Shown: positions 9,691 to 18,032 of the stretch, in pieces
Layout of the letters: every line of letters begins with the position of its first letter
Numbering within the stretch: position 1 is the stretch's first letter
Assembly: GCA_043800695.1 (NCBI GenBank)
Contig: JAZDMU010000048.1
Location: forward strand, 4,003 to 68,002
Reading direction: 5' to 3'
Source: Bacteroidota bacterium
Lineage (GTDB): Bacteria; Bacteroidota; Bacteroidia; Bacteroidales; VadinHA17
Length of the DNA stretch: 64,000 nucleotides
Made by a program: the position numbers and the translations under genes
The notes under the pieces: model-generated
The model's input: the letters and a program-made list of their open reading frames with translations, nothing else
Database searches by the model: none
Told to the model about the DNA's origin: nothing

Positions 9691-11616
9691 TTATTTATCT
9701 TTTTCAGCCATTATTTTATCAAGTTCAACATACGCATCATAGTACTTCCGGTTAATACCTAAAAGCTTTTTGTAATAATCTGCCGCAACATCCATTTTGC
9801 CCTGAAATTTTGCAATATTGCCCAGATACATAAGCACAACCTCAGATTCCGGGTTTATCTCCAGGGCTCTTTTCAAAACGGAATCTGCTTCTGCATACTG
9901 TCCGTCATTGATTAATGCCCGTGCAAAATTATAAAAAATCATTTCATCATCATTAACAATTTTGAGAGCATTCCTGAACAATCTTATCGCATCATCGTTC
10001 CTCCCCTCTTCAAGTGCCAGATAACCGCGATAATCATCCCTGGTTTTTCTTTCAAGCACAGCACACAAAGGCACGCTGTCGGCATAAACGATATGCATGG
10101 CATCATCCGGAGGCCACTTTTCATTTTTGAGCATGAAGGGGGTGATATACCTGTTGGTTATTATTGCATAATCCCAGTCGTTCATACTCCGTTCCTCATT
10201 TCTGACAGAAGATGTACGGATACCGGGAAGATCCCGGAACTGCCATGCCACTGAATATGTGGCCGCTGCCAGGGCTGAATCTATTTTTTTTTCTGACAGA
10301 TGGTTTATCAGCCATTCAGATGCTTCCGTCCGGGCTGTGTAATAATAATCGGTTTCATAATTGCCATGAGCTCCTTTTACCCCTCCGACCAGCTGATTAT
10401 AATATATATAGGAATAAGGGAAATTCACTATCATGAATCTGACCGGATGAAAAGAAAGAATTAACACCGTAACAGTCAATAATATTCTTAATATACTGAC
10501 TTTCTGTATATTAAATGCCGTGCTATACCCCTCTGCAGCCAGAAGGACTATCAGCGGATAAAGAAAAAGGAACTGCCGCCATGAACTGTACAGGTTTGAT
10601 TTTTGAATCATCACAAAGACCAGCGGGAATATTATCGTGAAAGCAATCAATCCATATAAAACAGCTTTTCTGTCCTTAAAAATCTTCCTCATGAAGACCA
10701 GAAAGATTATTAACCCCGCTGTCACTGCAAGTGGGACTGTGATAGCCATTGATTTCGGGATGTAATACCATGGCATGTGATCGGACCACATTACATTACC
10801 TTCAAAGATCTGCCGGAATGTTGATGGGAACTGAGCCATAATACGATAGGATCCGATCACATTACGCATGGGGTCCTGAAGTGCATACGGCCAAAGCAGG
10901 ATACTCATGAAAAATGCAGCAATCGTCACAAACAATAATACGACCAGTGTTTTCCACTCCTCTTTTCCGACCAGCCTCTCTTTTTGCAAAATGGAATAAA
11001 TCAAGCCAGTGATAAAGAAGAAAAAAAGATAACAGATAAGTAGTAAGCCTGTCGCCCTTATGCTCAATGCAACTGCTATGCTTATTGTAAGAAGTATGGC
11101 ACCGGCAAACGTATTCCTCTTTTTGGAAAAAATGAATTTCAGGCTGAAAAAAACTGAAGCGACATATCCAAGCGCAAACGGGACGTCTTTCAGATTATTC
11201 ATGGCATGGCCAATGAATGTGGGTGACACGGCAAAGAGGAACAATACCATAAACCCTGATCCGTAACCCGACAGCCAGACTGCAAAAAGTGCTGTTAATA
11301 AAATAACACTCCAGCCGGCAAGTGCACTCATTATGTGCCGGAACCTGTAAACATCATCTATTCTGAGCCAATGGATGAGTATGGTAGCAATGTTATCGAA
11401 CGACTGGCCGTAGTATTTAAGATGCGAATCCGGCGTATGAAGCGCTGACCTGTCAGTCCCTCCGGAGGCAAAAAAATCAAATACAGCTTCAGAGTGCCCG
11501 TAATGAAGCACCTCATCGCATGAGATACCGGCAAACCTGCTGGAGTAAACCATTGTCACCAGCAGCAAGAGAGCAACGGTATAGAAGATATATTTCAGAC
11601 TTTTCTGTGACATCAC
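9691..11616 (-). CDS. GT-C fold (GT39/PMT/ArnT-like) polyprenyl-phosphate-sugar-dependent glycosyltransferase with C-terminal TPR repeats
   Basis: 641 aa with about 11 predicted TM helices. A CDE (Asp-Glu) motif lies in the first extracytoplasmic loop directly after TM1. The C-terminal roughly 130 aa forms 3-4 TPRs (..AIRLFRNALKI.., ..YAEADSVLKRALEINP.., ..AADYYKKLLGIN..). Confidence 0.65.
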   Translation of the reverse strand: MMSQKSLKYIFYTVALLLLVTMVYSSRFAGISCDEVLHYGHSEAVFDFFASGGTDRSALHTPDSHLKYYGQSFDNIATILIHWLRIDDVYRFRHIMSALAGWSVILLTALFAVWLSGYGSGFMVLFLFAVSPTFIGHAMNNLKDVPFALGYVASVFFSLKFIFSKKRNTFAGAILLTISIAVALSIRATGLLLICYLFFFFITGLIYSILQKERLVGKEEWKTLVVLLFVTIAAFFMSILLWPYALQDPMRNVIGSYRIMAQFPSTFRQIFEGNVMWSDHMPWYYIPKSMAITVPLAVTAGLIIFLVFMRKIFKDRKAVLYGLIAFTIIFPLVFVMIQKSNLYSSWRQFLFLYPLIVLLAAEGYSTAFNIQKVSILRILLTVTVLILSFHPVRFMIVNFPYSYIYYNQLVGGVKGAHGNYETDYYYTARTEASEWLINHLSEKKIDSALAAATYSVAWQFRDLPGIRTSSVRNEERSMNDWDYAIITNRYITPFMLKNEKWPPDDAMHIVYADSVPLCAVLERKTRDDYRGYLALEEGRNDDAIRLFRNALKIVNDDEMIFYNFARALINDGQYAEADSVLKRALEINPESEVVLMYLGNIAKFQGKMDVAADYYKKLLGINRKYYDAYVELDKIMAEKDK

Positions 11617-12542
11617 TGCCCGGAATCGCCGCCGAAGAATTTCCTCACAAAATAGACCGGACGGTTCTGGGATTCCTTGTAGTTCCTGAAGACGTACTCA
11701 CCGAGCACTCCCAGGAACACGAGCTGTACTGAGCCGAGAAAATAGATGCTCAGCAATATCGATGACCATCCCGGAACGGCGATCCCGGTGGCCTTTGCTA
11801 TAAGTACATAAATGCCTGCCCCCAGGAATACTACTGTTCCTATCGTGCCCAGTATGAGGCAGAAACGTATCGGAAACCTTGAAAAGGAAAAAATGGCATC
11901 CGAAGCAAGAATGAAGAGTTTTCTGAAAGTCATCTTCGGCTTGCCCCGGTACCTTTCCTCCCTTACATACTCTACTTCACCATGCCTGAAACCGATATAG
12001 CTTCTCATCCCGGGCAGGTAGCGCACTTTTTCCTTCATCGCAAGAAGGGCATCAACGGCAGCCCGTTTCATCACCGAGTAATTACCGTAATTTCCCATTG
12101 AGCTTATATCGCCTATATTCCTGAAAACAGAATGGAAAATTGATGCGTACAGGTCACGGCTCCTGATGCCTTTCCTGCCTGTCCGCTTTGCACTCACAAT
12201 ATCAAAACCCTCATTAACAATCCTGTGATACATAGCTGAAAGCAGTTCCGGCGGATCCTGAAGGTCGCCGTCCATCATGGCAACGATGTCGCCGGTGCAA
12301 TGCTCAAGTCCGGCAGTGTATGCGGCCTGGTGCCCGAAGTTCTTTGAAAGCGACAATAATTTGATCCTCTTGTTTGTTTTCCTGGCAGCAAGTATAGATC
12401 CAACGCTATTATCCGTACTTCCGTCATCGACAAATATTATCTCATATTCATTTGAAAATGATTCTATTGCGGCAACGGTGCGTTTTAAGAGCTCATCAAC
12501 GAGCTTCTCTTCATTGAAAACCGGGATAACAAGGGAGAACAT
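11613..12542 (-). CDS. GT2 polyprenyl-phosphate glycosyltransferase (ArnC/GtrB/Dpm1-like)
   Basis: 309 aa. VIPVFNEE, FVDDGSTD and MDGDLQDPPE motifs plus two C-terminal TM helices. 4-nt overlap with the downstream GT-C gene. Confidence 0.85.
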   Translation of the reverse strand: MFSLVIPVFNEEKLVDELLKRTVAAIESFSNEYEIIFVDDGSTDNSVGSILAARKTNKRIKLLSLSKNFGHQAAYTAGLEHCTGDIVAMMDGDLQDPPELLSAMYHRIVNEGFDIVSAKRTGRKGIRSRDLYASIFHSVFRNIGDISSMGNYGNYSVMKRAAVDALLAMKEKVRYLPGMRSYIGFRHGEVEYVREERYRGKPKMTFRKLFILASDAIFSFSRFPIRFCLILGTIGTVVFLGAGIYVLIAKATGIAVPGWSSILLSIYFLGSVQLVFLGVLGEYVFRNYKESQNRPVYFVRKFFGGDSGQ

Positions 12543-13636
12543 TACTGTAACCTGTCTAACGCAAACTCAACATCATCAGCCAGCTCCTGAACGGATGAGA
12601 GGGCTTCAATGGCGGGAAGACAATTCTCCGAGCCCATCCAGCTGATCTCTCTCAGAAGAAGTTTTTTTGCTTCTGTCGCAGCCTTATCATCTTCAAGAAC
12701 CTTCACCATTTTCTTCTCGATTTCCAGTAGTTTCTCTTCATCGCCCTCAGCCTTTCGTATCATGCTTTGCAGGCATGCGAAATACTTTGTGCTTTTACTG
12801 ATATCATAATCCCTGATGTTCTCAAATATCTCATCGTATGTAATCTCTGTGAAGTCAGGTCTGAGGACAGGACCGGCCGCTGTAGGGAAGTCAAAAGGCA
12901 CTTCCCGGGTCACAGTCCCCGATGCTGCCCATTCAGCGCCTCGCTGCAATGTCACTATAAACCCTGCACAATGAAGTGCATTGTTCTCATTATCATCAGG
13001 AGTTCCGATCATCGTTGCGAATATTCTCCCCTTCCCAAGATTCCACGCTATCATTACCGGCTCCCTTCTGCCGCTGCCAGAATATGCAGTATCGGAATAA
13101 GCAGTGGCAAGAACTTGTGATCCTTCACCCGTAATTTGCAAACCATTCCGGATCAGATCAGCCTGATGAACCCATCTCACAGGCAATCCTTCAGTTACAG
13201 GATGATTCGTAATGGCATTCCTGATCTCGAAATCGTGCCGTTTCGTAACGGACACTGTCTCTGAAGAGACAGCAACGCGATCACTTAACGAATTATAAAT
13301 TACAAGGCCTCCCCCTTCCTTTACAAATTCAGTCAATGCACTAACAGTGCCTTCATTCAGCGGATCATCGTAATAGTTTGAAACAACCAGGTCGTAATCA
13401 GCAAAAGCCGGAGAAAAAGATGACATATCCCCGCCCTTTTCCGGTGATATAATAATATCCGTTTTAAACAAACCTGTTAAATCAAGTATTTGTTTCGCCG
13501 ACTCCGAGCTGACCTTCCAGTTATATTCACTTTGTCCTGTGATTATCAGTGCTTTATACTTAGGGGCTTTCTTGCATGCAGGGATTATGGAAATCAGTGC
13601 GGCTGCAAGCAGGTATATAAAATGTAGTTTTCTCAT
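12542..13636 (-). CDS. ThuA-domain lipoprotein with a C-terminal HEAT-like helical region
   Basis: The internal ATG at 13636 gives MRKLHFIYLLAAALISIIPAC (lipobox) and avoids overlap with the upstream gene. ALIITGQSEYNWK ... VKEGGGLVIYNS resembles ThuA-like class-I amidotransferase-fold proteins. The last roughly 100 aa are helical repeats. Confidence 0.65.
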   Translation of the reverse strand: MRKLHFIYLLAAALISIIPACKKAPKYKALIITGQSEYNWKVSSESAKQILDLTGLFKTDIIISPEKGGDMSSFSPAFADYDLVVSNYYDDPLNEGTVSALTEFVKEGGGLVIYNSLSDRVAVSSETVSVTKRHDFEIRNAITNHPVTEGLPVRWVHQADLIRNGLQITGEGSQVLATAYSDTAYSGSGRREPVMIAWNLGKGRIFATMIGTPDDNENNALHCAGFIVTLQRGAEWAASGTVTREVPFDFPTAAGPVLRPDFTEITYDEIFENIRDYDISKSTKYFACLQSMIRKAEGDEEKLLEIEKKMVKVLEDDKAATEAKKLLLREISWMGSENCLPAIEALSSVQELADDVEFALDRLQ

Positions 13637-13647
13637 TTCTCTGTATA

Positions 13648-14961
13648 TTAAACTGTTGGGAGAGTCCATGGTTTGCGGTAAGGCCTGCTAAGAAGCCTGG
13701 CTGCCCTTTCATTTCCGGTAATAGTCTCGGTGACTGGGTCCCAGTGGATCGTTTGCCCGGTCGTCATTGCGATTTCGCCGAGAAGAGCAACGGAAATGGC
13801 GCGGTAAGCAGGTTCAATGGGCGCAATTGCCGGAGTACTGGTGCGGACGCTATCGACAAAGTTCTGCCAGTGGTTATCGCTCCTGTAAAGATGTATCTCA
13901 TTCTCCCCTATAACCTCGTCAAGGATTTTCGGATCTGAAGCAGTCAGGATGTTTCCCCTGTCGGTATGCACCCACCCCAGGTCGCCATGCCAGGTGGTGC
14001 CCATTCCGAGCTTCAACCTTGACGCATTGGCAACTCTCATTTCGATCCCGTTGGCATATTTGCATAGAAAATCATACTCAACCGGGACATTGTATAAACC
14101 TTCTGCCGGGTATACTCCGGTTCCTGAAATCTCGACAGGACCTGTATATTCCAGTCCGGCGCCCCAGTTGGCGATATCGATATGGTGCCCTGCCCAGTCG
14201 GTGAGCTGGCCTCCTGAATAATCGAGTATCCACCTCCAGTCCCAGTGCGACACTCCCCTGTACGGAACTTTCGGAGCCGGGCCGAGCCACATTTCCCAGT
14301 TCAGTTCAGGGGGAACCTCCTGCACAGGGGGAGTACCGATACCTCTGCCTCCGTCGGGAAGCCCTACTTCAATATATTTGATATTCCCTATCCTTCCGTT
14401 GATCGCCAACTCAGCTCCCCTGCGGAAATGAGGCTGCGACCGCTGCCAGCTTCCCGTCTGCCAGATGATGTTGTTCTTTTTAACCGCGGCCACTATTGTC
14501 TGCCCGTCATTGATGGTCCGGCAGATGGGCTTTTCACCATAAACATTAAGCTTTTTGTTTATGGCTTCGGTATAGATTATCCCGTGCCAGTGGTCAGGAA
14601 GGGCTATTGATACAGCATCAAGCTTTTCCTTTTCGAGGAGGTCGCGGAAATCACCGTAGGTGCGGCAGTCGCTGTTTTTGTTTGCAGCATCAACCGTCTC
14701 CTTTGCGCCTGCAAGATGTTTTGAATCGACATCGCATACTGCCACGAACTGCACTGCTTTCTTCAGATCCAGGAAGTCGCGCATATTAGACATACCCTGC
14801 GAGCCTGTTCCGATCGCTCCCATCACCACCCGGTCGCCCGGGGGAAGTTTGCCTCCCATTCCAAGTGCAGAAGCGGGAATTATGTTCGGAATAAAAAATG
14901 CCCCGGCAGCTGCAACGGCCGAGCGCTTTACAAAGATTCGTCTGGTTGTTTTTTGTGCCAT
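13648..14961 (-). CDS. Tat-exported Gfo/Idh/MocA-family oxidoreductase
   Basis: 437 aa. Twin-arginine signal MAQKTTRRIFVKRSAVAAAGAF, Rossmann GAIGTGSQG, and EKP motif (YGEKPI). Confidence 0.85.
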   Translation of the reverse strand: MAQKTTRRIFVKRSAVAAAGAFFIPNIIPASALGMGGKLPPGDRVVMGAIGTGSQGMSNMRDFLDLKKAVQFVAVCDVDSKHLAGAKETVDAANKNSDCRTYGDFRDLLEKEKLDAVSIALPDHWHGIIYTEAINKKLNVYGEKPICRTINDGQTIVAAVKKNNIIWQTGSWQRSQPHFRRGAELAINGRIGNIKYIEVGLPDGGRGIGTPPVQEVPPELNWEMWLGPAPKVPYRGVSHWDWRWILDYSGGQLTDWAGHHIDIANWGAGLEYTGPVEISGTGVYPAEGLYNVPVEYDFLCKYANGIEMRVANASRLKLGMGTTWHGDLGWVHTDRGNILTASDPKILDEVIGENEIHLYRSDNHWQNFVDSVRTSTPAIAPIEPAYRAISVALLGEIAMTTGQTIHWDPVTETITGNERAARLLSRPYRKPWTLPTV

Positions 14962-14966
14962 ATATT

Positions 14967-16337
14967 CTATATTATTTGTCCTTTAAATATAGGTTTTACA
15001 TTGCTCAATACAGGGGTACCTGATACCGGCGTTTCAAACACCATGTCAACAGGTCCGAATTCAATCTTTGACGGCCCCAGGTCCATATCCGACTTGAAAA
15101 TCTCATCCCATGTTATTGCACGCCCCGTATATGCCGCTGTCCTTCCCATGATGGCAGTCAGTGTGGAGAGAGCGGTCTGCTCAGCCTCATTGATATAATT
15201 GCCTGTCCTGATGGCCCATACAAGATGCATATGCTCCTGGACATAGGGCGGGATCACCGTCTGATTCATCCGGGTCCCGTTCTCGTCAAGGGGATACTCA
15301 AATTTCCATTTTACGTTCCCCTCCGTGTCCCATATTGTATTCTGGCAATTGGTATATCCTTCTGTTCCCATTACAAGCTCACCGGTCCCGTTTGTACAGC
15401 TGTCGATCTGCCTGCACATGCTGTGCGAACTCACGCCGCTTCCGTAATCATAATCGATGCTGAAGAAATCGTACTGGTCGCCAGTCACTCTTCTGTGACG
15501 GCCTCCGTAACCTATCGCTCTTTCAGGATATTTACCTATGAACCAGTTTATTACATCGATATTGTGAACATGAGTATCAAGTATATGGTCGCCGCAGAGC
15601 CAGCAGAAATTGTTCCAGTTGCGTATCATGTACTCCATGTCGTTCCATCCCGGTTCACGCTCCCTGAACCATACATGGTCCTGGTTCCACCATGCTTTGG
15701 CCGATGTGATCCTTCCAATTGCTCCTCCTGCAACCTGCCTGAATGTATCAATATAATCCTCCTGGTGCCTTCGCTGCGTCCCGGTGACAACATTCAGACC
15801 TATGGCTTCAGCTTTCCTGCCCGAAGTAATTATTGAACGGATGCCGACAGAGTCAACCGCGACTGGTTTCTCCATGAAAACATGCTTTCCCCTGGTAACA
15901 GCTTCAAGGAAATGATCGGGACGGAACTGAGGGGGTGTTGCCAGCAGTACTACATCAAGATCAGGCAGTGCCATCAGCTTTTTGTACCCGTCAAATCCTG
16001 CAAAGCAATTCTCTGCAGGGATTGGAAGATTGAATGATGCGAATCGCTCACGGCAGGCATCGATCTTATCCTGAAAGAGGTCGGAAAGTGCAACAATCTC
16101 CAGGTCAGGGCCCGAGCTTATGAAATTGATCGCTGCACCGGTTCCCCTGGCTCCTGCGCCGACAAGGCCCGCCCTCAGCTTCTTCCCTGAAGGCGCTCCA
16201 TTCAGTATCGGGGGAAGCTTAAGCTCCGTGTTATCAGCTTTCCTTTTGCATCCCGAAGCCACCATACCCGCTCCGGCAATCCCGATCCCGGCCAGCGCTG
16301 CAGCCCCGATGAATTTTCTCCTGTCAATGTTTTTCAT
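14967..16337 (-). CDS. Tat-exported Gfo/Idh/MocA-family oxidoreductase (paralogue)
   Basis: 456 aa. Twin-arginine signal MKNIDRRKFIGAAALAGIG, Rossmann GLVGAGARG, and EKP motif (FMEKPV). 5 nt upstream of the next gene. Confidence 0.85.
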   Translation of the reverse strand: MKNIDRRKFIGAAALAGIGIAGAGMVASGCKRKADNTELKLPPILNGAPSGKKLRAGLVGAGARGTGAAINFISSGPDLEIVALSDLFQDKIDACRERFASFNLPIPAENCFAGFDGYKKLMALPDLDVVLLATPPQFRPDHFLEAVTRGKHVFMEKPVAVDSVGIRSIITSGRKAEAIGLNVVTGTQRRHQEDYIDTFRQVAGGAIGRITSAKAWWNQDHVWFREREPGWNDMEYMIRNWNNFCWLCGDHILDTHVHNIDVINWFIGKYPERAIGYGGRHRRVTGDQYDFFSIDYDYGSGVSSHSMCRQIDSCTNGTGELVMGTEGYTNCQNTIWDTEGNVKWKFEYPLDENGTRMNQTVIPPYVQEHMHLVWAIRTGNYINEAEQTALSTLTAIMGRTAAYTGRAITWDEIFKSDMDLGPSKIEFGPVDMVFETPVSGTPVLSNVKPIFKGQII

Positions 16338-16360
16338 GTTTGTACTATATCTTTAAAAAA

Positions 16361-16387
16361 CCCACCCCTAACCCCTCCAGGGAGGGG
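16361..16387. repeat. G/C-rich hairpin element (CCCCTCC AG GGAGGGG) preceded by CCCACCCCTAA
   Basis: Palindrome read directly. Lies 18 nt after the stop of the cytochrome-FGE gene. On the minus strand the element is followed by a T6 run, so it may act as a weak terminator or attenuator inside the operon. Confidence 0.7.
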
Positions 16388-16404
16388 AATAAGATGTAAA
16401 AACT

Positions 16405-17940
16405 TTATTTTATAACCGAACTGTCAACCTCACATACTACTCTGAAACCCACGTCGATGCAATCTGAATACCACCAGATGCTCTTTGGCATCTGGGGATC
16501 GGTAACCAGCCACTCTTTCGTTTTAGTATAATCGCGTGCCGCGCTTCGGAGATCCCCGGCATCGCTTCTGAACGAGCCTCCCCTGATTACATGTTCCTGT
16601 CCCTTTGCCGGTCCACGCGGGTTTATCCCGGTTGAATCAGTGGAATAGAAATCAGGAGCATAGAAATCGGAACAGAATTCAGCCACATTACCCGGCATGT
16701 TTTTAAGGCCAAACGGATTTCCCTGCACTGATGAGGGCTCTTCAGTCTTCGCGTTGCTGTTAAGGCTGTAGATCACCCTTGAATCTATTATGGCAGTATC
16801 GGGACGGAACAGCTTCCTGAGAAATCCGTCAGAAGAATAGTCCCCTGCATCACCCTCAAAGAAATAAGGAGTCTCCGTACCTCCCCGGCATGCATACTCC
16901 CACTCAGCCTCAGTGGGCAGGCGATATTTTTTTCCTGTAATCCTCGACAGCCATTCGCAGTAAACATTTGCGGCATACCATGTCATCGTAATTGCCGGTC
17001 TTGACCCCTTACCCCAGCCCTGGTCAGGCGCGCCCCAGGGTGGAGTTGGTCCGCTGATAGCATCCACATCTTTCAGGTTTAGAAGCTGTGTTACTTTCGT
17101 CCCGGGCGGCGAACCTGTTTCCCTGAAGAAAGTCATATATTCATCCCATGATACCTCTGCCCTGCCGATCCAGAGCGGTGAAAGAGTAACTGTCCTGACA
17201 GGTCCCTCATCAGGATCCCGGAAAGGCTCATCATCAGGACTTCCCATGCGGAAAGTTCCTCCGGGGATTGCAATCATCTCAAATGAAACCCTCGTCCCGG
17301 GGATCATTTCAGTAAAGTTTTTAAATTCAGCGATTTTTGCAGGTTCACCAAATGGAGGCTCATTTGATGTAACAGTCACACCAAAGTTTGTATCGTGTTC
17401 ATGCAAAACTGCATTCTTATCATAATGTCCTACAGTCAGATGGCAGTTAATACAATTCAGGGGATCCCTGCTTTCAGTATAGAACAGGTGTGCGTTGCCG
17501 CCGTTGACGGATAGAGTTACCGGGAACAGATTTTCGTGGCAGTCAATGCATGATTTCTCATATACTATTTTTTTTGCATACTCAAGAAGCCTCTTTTTTC
17601 CCCATTCAATTTCAGAGGTGTCCTTAAAAAGATAGCCGTACAGATCCTTGAGTCCGTGTTTTGCCTTGGCAACCAGATAGCCCTCTCCTTCAGGAGGAAG
17701 ATGGCATTGGGCGCAGTGGACAATATTACCTGACGCATTATTGTAATGTGATGAGAGCTTCCAGCATTGGTCGGCGTGCGGGTGAACATGGCATGACATG
17801 CATGATTTGTCGGTTGAGGTGGCTTTAATCAGTTTTCCCCCTGAATAAAAAAGCACTGCACATACCAGCAAGCCGGAAATAAAAAACCAGGCTCTGGCTC
17901 TATGCCCCGCAGCAGGCCTTCTTCTAACATTATAATTCAT
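16405..17940 (-). CDS. NapC/NirT-type membrane-anchored tetrahaem cytochrome c fused to an FGE/SUMF1-like domain
   Basis: 511 aa. N-terminal TM helix (WFFISGLLVCAVLFYSGG). Four CxxCH sites (CMSCH, CAQCH, CIDCH, CINCH) within the first roughly 175 aa. Then FGE-sulfatase-family motifs IPGGTFRMGS, YRLPTEAEWEYACRGG, GNVAEF, VIRGGSFRS. Confidence 0.75.
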   Translation of the reverse strand: MNYNVRRRPAAGHRARAWFFISGLLVCAVLFYSGGKLIKATSTDKSCMSCHVHPHADQCWKLSSHYNNASGNIVHCAQCHLPPEGEGYLVAKAKHGLKDLYGYLFKDTSEIEWGKKRLLEYAKKIVYEKSCIDCHENLFPVTLSVNGGNAHLFYTESRDPLNCINCHLTVGHYDKNAVLHEHDTNFGVTVTSNEPPFGEPAKIAEFKNFTEMIPGTRVSFEMIAIPGGTFRMGSPDDEPFRDPDEGPVRTVTLSPLWIGRAEVSWDEYMTFFRETGSPPGTKVTQLLNLKDVDAISGPTPPWGAPDQGWGKGSRPAITMTWYAANVYCEWLSRITGKKYRLPTEAEWEYACRGGTETPYFFEGDAGDYSSDGFLRKLFRPDTAIIDSRVIYSLNSNAKTEEPSSVQGNPFGLKNMPGNVAEFCSDFYAPDFYSTDSTGINPRGPAKGQEHVIRGGSFRSDAGDLRSAARDYTKTKEWLVTDPQMPKSIWWYSDCIDVGFRVVCEVDSSVIK

Positions 17941-17942
17941 CT

Positions 17943-17986
17943 GTCCGGCAGATCAATAACCTGATAAAGTTAATTGATTGCCGGAC
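17943..17986 (-). promoter_or_regulatory. 14-bp stem hairpin ending 2 nt upstream of the cytochrome-FGE start codon
   Basis: GTCCGGCAGATCAAT (17943..17957) pairs with ATTGATTGCCGGAC (17973..17986) with one bulge and a 15-nt loop. No T-tract. Lies between msrAB and the cytochrome gene. Confidence 0.5.
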
Positions 17987-18032
17987 TTAGTAACAAGAAA
18001 TGGTGAAATTTTTAAACCTTTCTAAAACCCTT

